Shown here one piece after another: positions 38,943 to 48,838 of a DNA stretch of 64,000 nucleotides. The position numbers and the translations under genes are program-made. Positions within the stretch are counted from its first letter, which is position 1. Each line of letters opens with the position of its first letter. Source of the DNA: Lingula anatina. Its lineage: Eukaryota; Animalia; Brachiopoda. A model generated the notes under the pieces. It saw only the letters and a list, made by a program, of their open reading frames with translations. It was not told where the DNA came from and did not search any database. The stretch is from the NCBI GenBank assembly GCA_051362555.1, contig CM120643.1:10230001-10294000 (forward strand), given 5' to 3'.

Positions 38943-40493
38943 TAGACTGCAACTGGCTGAAGCCAGTGGCAGAGGATTCCCCTGCAAAATAGGTGTGGAA
39001 AGGCTCTTACAAGGTCAAGTGAAGGTCATGGCTTAAATTTGACCCCATATTCTGAAAGAGCATGTGCGAATTGGGGGGGGGGGGCAACAAAACATCAATT
39101 TTAGCCCACTTCAATATTTCTCCATGAAATAGCCGAATGACCTTGAAAATGAGGGTCAAGGTCAAATTTTACATTTGATTTGGGGGTTTTGGGTATATGT
39201 TTGGGGTAGTTTACTACAGCATGCCATGACCAAAAACCAGTGTTTCATGGAGAAATTGCCAAACTCAAGATTTCTGCAACGTCATAAATATTTAAAAATC
39301 TATATTAAAAAAATTAATTAGACAGTCGCTACCAAAGTACGGCTAACCTTAGATAAATATATAGGGCATTATTTGCTACTATGATCGGGGCTCTGGGACT
39401 TCCGGTTTTTGAGATCTCGGAAACAAACCTTTTTTGTGCACGTTTGGCCATTAGCGACCTTGACCTTGACCTACTTGCATAAAAGTAGGTCATTATCTGT
39501 GGATTTGGCTCAGTATCTTTGGCCATAAGCCCCTTAGTCATATGGCTTATACTTTAGGCCTAATGGCAATTTCAAATTTTACAAATTTTGCCTTTAAAAG
39601 CTCCTGTGACCTTGAAAAGTAGGTCAAGGTCACTGAAACTGGGTCTTTGGCATATTCTTACCATAGGCTACCTATGTAAATTATTTCAGATTTTTTGCGA
39701 AAAAAAACGCGCGGAAAGAATAATAATAATAACTATAATACTACCAAAAACAATAGTATTCCCCTACGGGGAATCCTAATAATAATTTATAGAATATTTC
39801 CAGTTCTTACATACAAGCTACTGCATTTAGAAGCCTATTTCATTATTAACAAAAAAATAGGGCTTACTCAAACAAAATAGCTGATAACATCAATCAAATC
39901 AATGTTGTGCACAATATAAAAGGAAAATTCCCTGCAAAAACTTAAATATTTGACTTGTAGAACTAAATGACAATATGTTTGGCATTTGACTGAAATTCAG
40001 CATGCCATAGTGAGCCCAAAGTTAAGTACAAAAATATTTCAAAGCAAAGATATTGATTCAGCAATATTTTTTCATTTTTTTTTCAGTATAATTAGCACCA
40101 AACAGTTTCTGTTCTTACCTTGAGATAATACTCTGTTCTAGTACTCTTTGTGTCACGCGGAGAGCTGTTCTCTATGTCAAACCCAATCCACTGAAACCGT
40201 CTCACGACTATATTGATACCTGAAATAAGTAGATAAAAGATAAAATTATCTTCCACAGTGTATTCTATGACTTGTACATACTTTGGGTTGGTTAAAATAC
40301 AGACTGGAGATTACTGGAGTTATATGATCAATAGTCTGGCTGAATATGCATGCTCGCATGCACATACGTGCGTACACACATACACACACACACACACACA
40401 ATCTACTTACCCATCACACACACACGCACGCATGCACGCACACACACACACAATCTACTTACCCATCACACACACGCACGCACGCACGCACGT

Positions 40494-40524
<31 letters not shown>

Positions 40525-41690
40525 CTACTAACCCATAACGGCCCCTTCTTTTGCTTGCCATGAGGAATCCTCTCCTTTACAAATAGCGGCTAAATTGCTG
40601 AAGAAGGACTGGAGCTGGTCCAGAGTGATATGTTCTATGATCCCACTCAGTCGAGCCACACAGGCATTCCTGATAGCTGACCAAACATCTGTTAATCCTA
40701 GTAGGATGATGTCCTAGAAAAAAAAATAAAATAAATTGTGTCTTCTTAGAAGTTGTAATATAAATCATCACCTGTTTTCCTTATCATTGTCATAGGATAC
40801 AGCAGGAAACAGCAGGCAGAAGCTGATAACTGTTGATATGACCTCTGAAAGTCAGCATGGAAGTGAATAACGAGATTCAAGGGTCTAGGTGCTTCAAATC
40901 AGATTACCATATATTTTCACCTTTTTTTGTAAGAAACTAAAATCACACATCTAGAATTGATAAAATGCATGAAACAAGGGAGATTTGTTAAATTTGTGAT
41001 TTACAATAATTATTGCAGCTTAGAATATATCAACAGTGCTAAATACGATAGGTCTCAAATGTTTTTTTCTTTTTTTTTGTCCCAAACTAATATTCTATAT
41101 TACTCACAGACATGTTCCAATGTCAGTTTGACATCTTACTTCAGTCTGATGTCACTAGACGTCAGTCATGTTGCCAAACTTGGACCCATCATACATATAT
41201 ATAATGTGTACAATGGATCCAAGTGTCAACCAAGTGACATCTTTGCAGACAGAACAAGATGTCATCAAACATGTGACAAAAGAACATTTCAAACCTATAA
41301 TCATTTTTCTGCTGATGGACTTAGATATTATAATAATTCTAAAGGTTTATTTTACCTTGACTAGATTGAAGTGTTCCTCTTCCAAGTTATCAAGGTTCAA
41401 CTTGATCCAATTCATGGCATGGATTATAGTTTGGTTACGGACTACAGGCTTATTGGTAGCTGTGAAAAAAAAAGGATCGATAAGAATATTAATGACTATT
41501 TCATAACATATTCATGTCATCTAGCTGCCAAAATAGATGATGAGTTGTAATACAAATGTTAGGTAAATACTTATGAATACAATTACCATGACTACAAATG
41601 TATCACACCATATCATATATACTGAAAATGTTTGATTTAGAAGCAGATCTATAATGTGGAAAACGAAAGTGCTTTGTATACAGAACACAT

Positions 41691-41744
<54 letters not shown>

Positions 41745-44700
41745 ACCTTGTTGTATACTATACATCAAACTTTCAAGCAAAGCTTTTGTCATCTTCTGGC
41801 ACATGTACCTGAAATCAATAATGATGACATTATTTACAAAAAAAAAATCATTAATGCATATACATCTCATCTATTTCATCAAAGCAACATATCACATATC
41901 TGAAAGACTAACCATGAAAGCCAACAACTCTAAACTGTTTGATCGAATCTTATGAAATATTCATAAACAACAGAATAAAGATTATCAAGTGGCATAGTAT
42001 AATGTCACACGAGAATACATCGTGATATTTTGAATAAGAGCTGCTCATATTGTACAAAGTCATGTCGCCATGGGCACTGGTTAACAATACACATAATAAA
42101 ATTCATACATCCTCCTCTTGGACAATAGCAATTGTGAAATTGCTAATTGGCATTACTTGACAACATTTGCACCTGACACAGTAAGAAGCACTCAAACTCC
42201 GTGCCTTTATTAACTAGGCACCCTATTCTGATTGGTCACCCTGACTAAGAACCCATTCCCATAGATTTTAGATCAATCTATCCCTGTGGGGAGTCTCACT
42301 AGACTACTGTCAGCTTAGCCGGCTTATGCATCAGTCCCGCCTACTAAAAGCTGTAAGGGGGTAATTAACTATGGTGCGCGCTCGGCTGACTGCAATTTAG
42401 CAAGAACCCTCAGGGAGTTAGGTCGATCTAAATCTCTGGGAATGCACACTAGCAGATCTCAGAAAACTAACAAGCCAAATCAAAAATTTGTTAGTCTGGT
42501 GATGAAATGGATGGATGGTGGAAAGCAAATTTTAAAAGCCTGGGGAGAATATAATTAGTAATAACCTCAGTTAACCACGTTGTTGCGTCAGTTGTTATTG
42601 TAGTCACCTGGAGGCAGGCTGACAACGTTAACAGTGGTGAAGGCGATACAGTGATGCAAAACATTTAATGCAGGAGCCATTCTGTCATTTGATAAATCAA
42701 ACTTTTTAGTACTAACACAAAGGTTCAATTAACAGTTACTTACTAGCATTACGAATTGGTACATGATTTTATATACACTGAGAAGTTGTATATATTTCTA
42801 TTAAAAAGACAGGACTTTCCTATATAATACCCTATATTACCTACTTACACGTACTTTTCACTAACATTAACCCCCCCCCCCTTCCTCACAAGCAGGGGCA
42901 AACCTTTTTTGTCTCAAAACTTCCTGCAGCACTCCAATGAGTAATAGATGATACATAAATCTCTTCGATGTGATGAGACAAGCCAAACTGGTGGTTCAAT
43001 ACATGTACTTCTGGGTCATAGTTCTTTTTTTTTTCAAAGTTGGGAGGTCCTTCGCCTTGTCTTTTGTAAGTGAAGTGTACATACTAAATTTGCACTAAAT
43101 TTGCTTCAATCCAGGTTTCAATTATTAATCGCAAACAATTACATCCTTCACAGGAAAAACCTTTTTTTGACAAACTGTCGGCATTGTAGAATAAAAATGC
43201 AGTTCACAATGTTCTGTTGGTTAAATATTTTCTATTCAGTACTGTAACAGTGATGTTTGCACTGCATAAATACAATTGCTGTTTCATATTTGACTCCTTC
43301 TCAGCTCTAGTTGTACACAGTTTGTCATATCAGATCTACTGCACTGTTCCGAAATACAATAGGAGGATGATGGCGAAGACGACCTCAAGTACATTTTAAT
43401 CGATAAGATTAGGCCAATGTGCATTACCAATACAACACGTCACTGTTCATTGTAGACTGAATTGTTTGAAGCAAAAGAGGCAGAATAAGAAAATTGCAAC
43501 AAAAACAGAACTTTTTTTCCTTGCAGGATCAAGAGAAAACTTGTACATTTAGATACTAGAGTGTAAGGTGACTCAGTCATAGGAATGGCCCCTCTTCTTA
43601 TGATTCAGAGTCTAGACAATCATAAGAATCAACAGGGATGGAAACAGAAAATGCAAAAAATAAATTAAGTCAATGTGGATGGGGGAGGACTTCCTCAGTT
43701 TCTCCAGCAACTTCTACAAATTCATTTTTTTTCATAAGATGTGATATGTTGCTTTGATGAAATTGATGAGATGCATACGCATTAATGATTTTTTCATGTC
43801 CTAGAAAAATAAAATTTCCATTTTTCTGAAAAAAAAAAAAAAAAAAAAGGATCTTTATACAGCACATGATAATTGCTATAGAGGCCCTGGTATCAAATGA
43901 CCCTACACTATATATTTACTCATGGGTTAATCAATAAAATAACAAAGCAGCTCTGCTACTGAAATTTTCAGACAAAAGTACTCTGTGTGTACAATCCAGT
44001 CCAAATGTGTGTGGATTGCTACCAGAATATGTGGAATAACTACCGCTGCAGGGCATATATCAACCCTACTGCTATATTGACCGAGTTTTTGAATTTCTCT
44101 TTTTTACTTTTTTTTCTTTCTTTTGCATATAATAAAAATAATAATATAAAACTCCCTGCCTGTAAAGGTGTTAAATTTACCTGCATTCAGACGTGACAAG
44201 CTAATTTTTAGTTGACTGTATAATAGCATAAAAAGAAATGGACTTACAACATGAAAAATAAATCAAATGCAACTTTAATCTGAATAAATCCAGCTACAAG
44301 TATATCAAAATGAATGGTTTCTTACAACAGATGATCAATAAAAGATTCTGAATTTTCTTAAAGGTTAAAATATTTCATTTACTTCACACAAAGAAGCAGT
44401 GACACAGCATAAAAACATTAATACAAACAAACCCAGATTTTGACCTTCCATTATAAATCCAAAACCTCATTCACAATCCAGTTACAATGCCTTAGCTTAA
44501 AAATGCTCTTTCTACACTGACCACTGATTAAGACTTCTGACCAAGGGGTGCCTGGATTTTATCTCTCTTTTAATCTTTTCCACGGCCAGCATCATTGAAG
44601 TATGCTGCATGTAGTAAGACTGGATTTCTATAGATTTCTATAGTAAGAAATCATATTAATCACAGTTTGCGGAGATAATTCATCGTAAGTTAAGCCATCC

Positions 44701-46170
44701 TAAGCCGACTGAAATGCACCCGGAGTGACAGATGTGGGTTATCTGTAAGCTAATTAAAGTGTCAAATCCACGTGAGCAATAACTACACGAAATAAAAATC
44801 AATACAAGGCAATAGGGAGTAAACAACAAGGTACCAACTCACTTGCCATTTTCCTTTCAATCAAGATAAAAACTTGACAAGCCACAAAACATCAAAGGTC
44901 TACCCCATCCCCTTATCTGACTGCATCATTTAATTTCCACCAGTGCAGATTTCTGGACAAAACTAAGAAGGGTCTATCTATTGCATTGCACAGGAGCTAG
45001 GTAAACTAGGTACCAAAACAGACCAAGCTTCCTTAGTTCTACAACTGGATGGCCACTTAGTTGTGATCTGACAAAATATGCCAAATATTATTGGCCTTAA
45101 CTTAAAGGTACACAAAAGAGGATTTTGGCGCCAAAATTCATACTTAACGAATCATCTTGTGGTAAATGGCATTTTCCCTGCATTTACCAAACTTAAATCT
45201 CCCTTCCCTGACACTCGCCATAGCTCTGTAACAGTTCTGGATAAAGGCAAAGATCAAAACCCATGCATAAGTGGCATAAGCTGAGGTTTTTCATTTTTAT
45301 TGACTGCACTTCCAGATAAAGTGAGACTATGATGCCATAGACCCCGCTCTTTTCAAACTATGTCAAGATGGCTGACTACCATGATTTGAAAGGGGACGAT
45401 AAATATGATTGCAAGTAATTTTTGTGATACTGATTAGGGTCATTTAATTTTATCTGTCATTTTTATGTATTAAAAGTTTTCAATGTCCTCAGATAAAGTC
45501 AACAAGAAGCAATCCATGCATTTTGAATGCCTTTTAACTCCTACTTTCTGTGGCTTTAATTTCAGTACATAATTTTAGGATACAGGAGCTATGATAAAAG
45601 TGAATAAATTTTGCCTCCAATTCTAAACCAATTATCTAAAATATAAACATACACACAGACATGCACACACATACATGCAACACACACACACACACAAATA
45701 AATGTCTCCAACTGATCAGATTTTTGATAACAACATTACAGAAAACAAATTGTCCATACTGGTACTCACCATTTGATAAAGTCATCCAAGAGGTCATTCA
45801 GTAATGCCTTGTGCCTCACTTCTCCTGCCATGACACTTGCCTTCGCAGGCCGCGCTCTGGCTTTGCTCCCAGGCTTCCCTTCCAGTTCTGACCAACCATA
45901 CCTCCGATTCAAGAGGTAGTATGTAAAATCATTCAAGTCATTTTGTTTGGAATATAACATTTCTGGACTGTGACCTGGAAATGGGGTATCATCCTCGAGG
46001 AATCCCGATTCTAGAAATTGTTTCTCACATACATCCGCATCTAGATCAGAGATGAGAGGCTCGGTCAGACTGGGAAGGAGCCTGTCTTGGACAGCCTGCA
46101 GAATCTTCAGTTCTTCTTCAGCAGACGATGCCTGCTTCAGTTTTGACAGCATTCCTGATTTCTCCTCCAT
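20162..46170 (-). CDS. Uncharacterised large HEAT/ARM-repeat-like protein (about 1351 aa, about 29 coding exons)
   Basis: Exons: 46170-45770, 41808-41747, 41459-41356, 40713-40533, 40219-40119, 38885-38736, 38337-38251, 38014-37919, 37475-37355, 37082-36911, 36705-36599, 32991-32817, 32479-32365, 31228-31148, 30059-29964, 28260-28184, 27748-27586, 27060-26957, 26539-26383, 25642-25457, 25144-24965, 24596-24457, 23909-23712, 23134-23005, 22621-22502, 22148-22013, 21497-21250, 20520-20442, 20250-20162. All GT-AG, phases compatible, total 4056 nt open. HEAT-like segments: GLTDVWSAIRNAC, DSSWQAKEGAVMGI, LLAHPQLSIRENATKAF, YLMHPASTVRQAT, CLADTRWELRRMGQQVL. Confidence 0.85.
20367..20432. repeat. 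Compound (TA)n(GA)n microsatellite
   Basis: Direct inspection; lies immediately after a donor of the HEAT gene. Confidence 0.95.
21015..21209. mobile_element. PIF/Harbinger-like MITE
   Basis: TIR G(T/C)CCTGGTTTCACAAAA...TTTTGTGAAACCAGGGC; 3-bp CAG on both flanks. Confidence 0.75.
21741..21962. mobile_element. MITE related to family C
   Basis: CCATTCCCATAA...GATCGATC...GATCAATC...TTATGGGAA termini; right half matches 11222-11304. Confidence 0.65.
23523..23757. repeat. 92-bp tandem triplication of an exon end plus 5' splice site
   Basis: TTACCATT(G/A)CAAAACT...ATTAGCCACCTTCTC at 23524, 23616 and 23708. Confidence 0.9.
24268..24351. repeat. (TA)n microsatellite
   Basis: Direct inspection. 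Confidence 0.95.
25905..26382. repeat. Degenerate C-rich tandem repeat (3 units) interrupted by a MITE
   Basis: AACT(A/T)CCCTTTT..ACCCAACCCC...CCCTTCCTGGT at about 25927, 26010 and 26276. Confidence 0.75.
26102..26267. mobile_element. hAT-like MITE family B, copy 1
   Basis: Termini CAGGGGCGGAT...ATCCACCCTG; reverse complement of 62186-62358. Confidence 0.8.
27841..27996. mobile_element. hAT MITE with 8-bp TSD
   Basis: Termini CAGTGTT...AACACTG; perfect TSD AGTATGCA on both flanks. Confidence 0.85.
29498..29597. mobile_element. Short internally deleted MITE related to family C
   Basis: GGCTCATTTTCAA...CTATGTAGATCGAT / ATCGATCTACATAG...TTGGGAATGAGTCC inverted arms. Confidence 0.55.
29875..29959. 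repeat. (CA)n/(CACG)n compound microsatellite
   Basis: Direct inspection; abuts donor at 29964. Confidence 0.9.
31261..31521. mobile_element. PIF/Harbinger-like MITE
   Basis: About 40-bp TIR GGCCCAGTTTTATAAAGGAC(A/G)TTTAGCACTAACCAGTG; 3-bp TSD CTG. Confidence 0.85.
32142..32299. mobile_element. Foldback-type MITE
   Basis: ATAGTCCAAAGGTTCATTGGTCC at the left and ACCAATGAACCTTCGGACTAT at the right, with internally repeated ACCAATGAACCTT units. Confidence 0.6.
32994..33060. repeat. (GAAAAT/GAAAGT)n low-complexity repeat forming a polypyrimidine tract on the minus strand
   Basis: Directly upstream (transcript sense) of the acceptor at 32991. Confidence 0.8.
33829..33995. mobile_element. hAT-like MITE family A, copy 3
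   Basis: Nearly identical to 19056-19223; perfect TSD CATCC. Confidence 0.9.
34985..35112. mobile_element. Fragment of a TGACCTT-rich Helentron-like repeat
   Basis: Clustered TGACCTT/AAGGTCA motifs similar to 38941-39779. Confidence 0.4.
35357..35621. mobile_element. Degenerate Harbinger-like MITE
   Basis: GGGACACATTTCACGAAAGAACTTAA...TTAAGTTCTTTTTGTGTGACAATGGCCCC imperfect TIR. Confidence 0.5.
36137..36194. repeat. (AAAT)n microsatellite
   Basis: Direct inspection. Confidence 0.95.
38941..39779. mobile_element. Non-autonomous Helentron/HINE (DINE-1-like Helitron2 derivative)
   Basis: Inserted in an (AAT)n tract; subterminal GGATTCCCC near 38974 complementary to GGGGAATCC at the far end; terminal hairpin ATTCCCC-TAC-GGGGAAT near 39758-39775; internal GACCTTGA/TCAAGGTC repeats; short (AAT)n near the hairpin end. 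Confidence 0.75.
40375..40532. repeat. (CA)n array containing two duplicated copies of the adjacent splice donor
   Basis: CAATCTACTTACCCATCAC near 40399 and 40451 versus the used donor CAGTCTACTAACCCATAAC at 40521. Confidence 0.85.
41693..41742. repeat. (GA)n microsatellite
   Basis: Direct inspection. Confidence 0.95.
42251..42448. mobile_element. MITE family C, copy in opposite orientation to 11403-11612
   Basis: Shared GGGGAGTCTCAC.AGACTAC, GTAAGGGG.TAATTAACT and CAGGGAGTTAGGTCGATC blocks. Confidence 0.75.
42885..43430 (-). pseudogene. Possible degenerate DNA-transposase C-terminal remnant (Cys/His-rich, Zator-like)
   Basis: Broken minus-strand frames such as EHCELHFYSTMPTVCQKK and YDPEVHVLNHQFGLSHHIEEIYVSS...VCPCL; coding-like composition within an intron. 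Family assignment is from memory and weak. Confidence 0.25.
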
Positions 46171-47799
46171 CTTGGAAACTTTCCCTTGTGCTTTTTCTCA
46201 GCAGTACTGTCACTGTGATTCAATCTGGTTTTTTTTAGTTTGGAACATATACAACTGTAGAAGCATCTCAGCAACAGTATCTGGTTCTTCTAAGTGAAAA
46301 TCTTGACAATAAGTACAATCCTTTGTCATGGCATTGCAGAACTGATGAATCTGGTGTCTGTAACAAAGAAAGTTATATCATTCTATAACAAAACCAAGGA
46401 TTTCATCAAAATGTCAATTTGATCGATTACTCTTTATAAACCAATACAAAATCATCCAAACTAAAACTGATTGTGTAATAAAAGCCTAAGAAAGCAAACA
46501 TCACTTATCACTATTGAACAAAATCAGTATACTCAGTGCCTGAGCAGTCCATGTAAAAGTGCCATCCATAATTTCTTATAAATAATTGACAATTTGATGA
46601 ACAGGATGACCAACATTGCAAACCCCAGATACTGAAAATCTGATTAGGTTTCTTATATAATCAATTTCCGTTATCTATTAATATTGTAATTGTATAGGGA
46701 CTAGTATGCTGCTAATATACAATCTATAAATGGGCAAAGTTTATCTGAAAGAAAATGTATTCTGTGCAGAAAACATCATTTATTTGAAGAGCAGAAAGAA
46801 AAAATAGATCTCAATAAAGAGATCTAGAAGAAGAAGAAGAATGATTCAAGATAAAGGTTACATTCTAATGTGTGCAGATTACAATGGCAATTTTGAATAC
46901 AATTTATGGGCAATGCAGTCCCCTATCTAAGTGATTTGATTTGAAATTAAAAAAAAAGAAAGAAACAGCAACTTTCATTGTATTTAACACTTAACTACAC
47001 TAAGTGGATATTTAAAAAATCCTGATCCTACATGTAATGGTGGCGATTGCCAACCCGTAAAATTTTACACATTTACAGTTTGCAGAATAAAAATGGTAGC
47101 ACTGTTAAGGCTTATAGACATGCCATGGTGTATTTACCATGCCAATGCATAAGAATAAGACTTAAAAACTGGCAGTGCTGTTATATACCAGTGTGATTTT
47201 GATGTTACGAAAAAATTTGTTGTTTAAAATGTGTCAAACTAATAAAAATGAATAGAAAAAAAAACAGGCTTTCAGTTTACATGTACATACATAATGAAAA
47301 GAGGAATTATAATTAGTATTATAAATTAAATGCATAAAATCCCCCCCCCCCCAAATTTAATTGTTATTAACATAAAGAGTGAAGAATAATTAATTGAATA
47401 TTTTAGGTAATATTTAATCTTATTGATTTTAATATTGATTTTTTAAGTTATTTAATCCATCAACACATCCTTCCCTCAACTCCTTCCCCCCCCCCCTCAA
47501 CTCCTTCCCCCCCCCCCCCCCCCCCCCCACTCCCACCACCACTGCTCACGGTATATTTTGTGGACTTGGCTATACTAGACTCCTTGTAAATCATTGACCA
47601 AACTGCAGATTCATATTTTGTACTCCTTCTACCCCTGGCTGTCACCATCTATATTTGTGGGATGCTGGAGGGTCCATGCATTAATGTGTTAATATTATTT
47701 ATATTATGAATGGCGTAACAGACCATGGATCATTACCAATAAAGCTTATGGTATTTCTTTAAGCATAAACTTTGGCATACAGCCTTTCAAATCATCACA

Positions 47800-47987
47800 T
47801 GTAGCGCATTCAGAACAGCGGAATAATAGATCTGTGGATCAAATATGGCCAACCCACTGGAATGCTTGTTGCGTAATCCCAGTGGGGAATGTACTCAGTG
47901 TTTAATTGCAAATGAAGCGTCAACCTTTTTAGTGGGTCACCACATTTGATCCCTGGATCTGTTAGTACGCTGTTCTAAATATGCTCA
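47800..47987. mobile_element. Degenerate MITE with about 60-bp imperfect TIR
   Basis: AGAACAGCG...AGATCTGTGGATCAAATATGG...ACCCACT versus AGTGGGT...CCACATTTGATCCCTGGATCT...CGCTGTTCT. Confidence 0.6.
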
Positions 47988-48607
47988 TGAACTACAAGGG
48001 TATACATTCATAACTTGAGCTTCATTTAGATTAATAAAACAATGAAAGGTTGCACTTGCATGGGGGTGCCATTTAGTTGTTTGGCATGTCCAATGTTGAT
48101 GCAGCCTTAAAAGTTCTATACAGTCCAGAGGACCTATGTATCATTAAAAATACTTTCTATTGTCATTGCATTGGGTTAGGAATGCATACAGTATGCTAGA
48201 TGACTCAGAATGCTTATTTAAGGCTATCACAAATCAAGTAAAATGGGGAATAATGTAGTATAATAAGTTTAAATAACTGTTGTCTACCTCATGAAAAAAT
48301 GATTGCATCTCCTCTTTTCCATTACCTACATAATGCCGTAAGTAACTGTCACAGTGCGCCCCAAAATGTTTCATTTATGACCAGCACAGTACTACTTACT
48401 AATAACCACAAGTAATTTTTTTTAAAATTTGCTTACTGTTCAAAGTAACACTGACAACTGGCACCTCATCATAATGTAAGGTACTTCCACGTAAGACACA
48501 GTATTTTATCATACATATGAGAGTAAAAACTAAAAACATACATACTGAATCATTAATGCATTCACAGTAGCACATTCAATATGCATACAAAAGTTTCTTA
48601 GACTTAC

Positions 48608-48838
48608 CAAAGATAATTCACTTGCAGGTGCCCGCCATCTTGTTTATACTGACGTCACTTCCTTCTCTACCCGTTTTCTCGTTTTTGCGAGCATAATTAA
48701 AACTACTAGTTTCAATTGATATTTTTTATAGACAATTCCATAAGGTTAACGGTAAAATTGATATTCTTCATTTAGTTCCCTTAGACTTAATTGAATAAAA
48801 AATAACATAGTTGGGTTGGTCGTCAGAGCGAGTCAAAC
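48608..48838. promoter_or_regulatory. Bidirectional promoter shared by the HEAT gene (first exon, minus) and UBE2V (plus)
   Basis: Minus donor TTG|GTAAGT at 48608; YY1 motif CGCCATCTT 48633-48641; CRE TGACGTCA 48650-48657 overlapping ETS CACTTCC; UBE2V ATG at 48839. Confidence 0.75.

Noticed and set aside
43670-43800. Apparent extra exon of the HEAT gene
   Set aside because: Joined to the phase-2 upstream exon it stops after two codons (TGG ACA TGA) and has no good donor; it overlaps an inverted-repeat arm.
48608-48638. Selenocysteine or readthrough at the TGA of MAGTCK*
   Set aside because: Reading through meets further stops in exon 2 before the main ATG, and no SECIS element was recognised.
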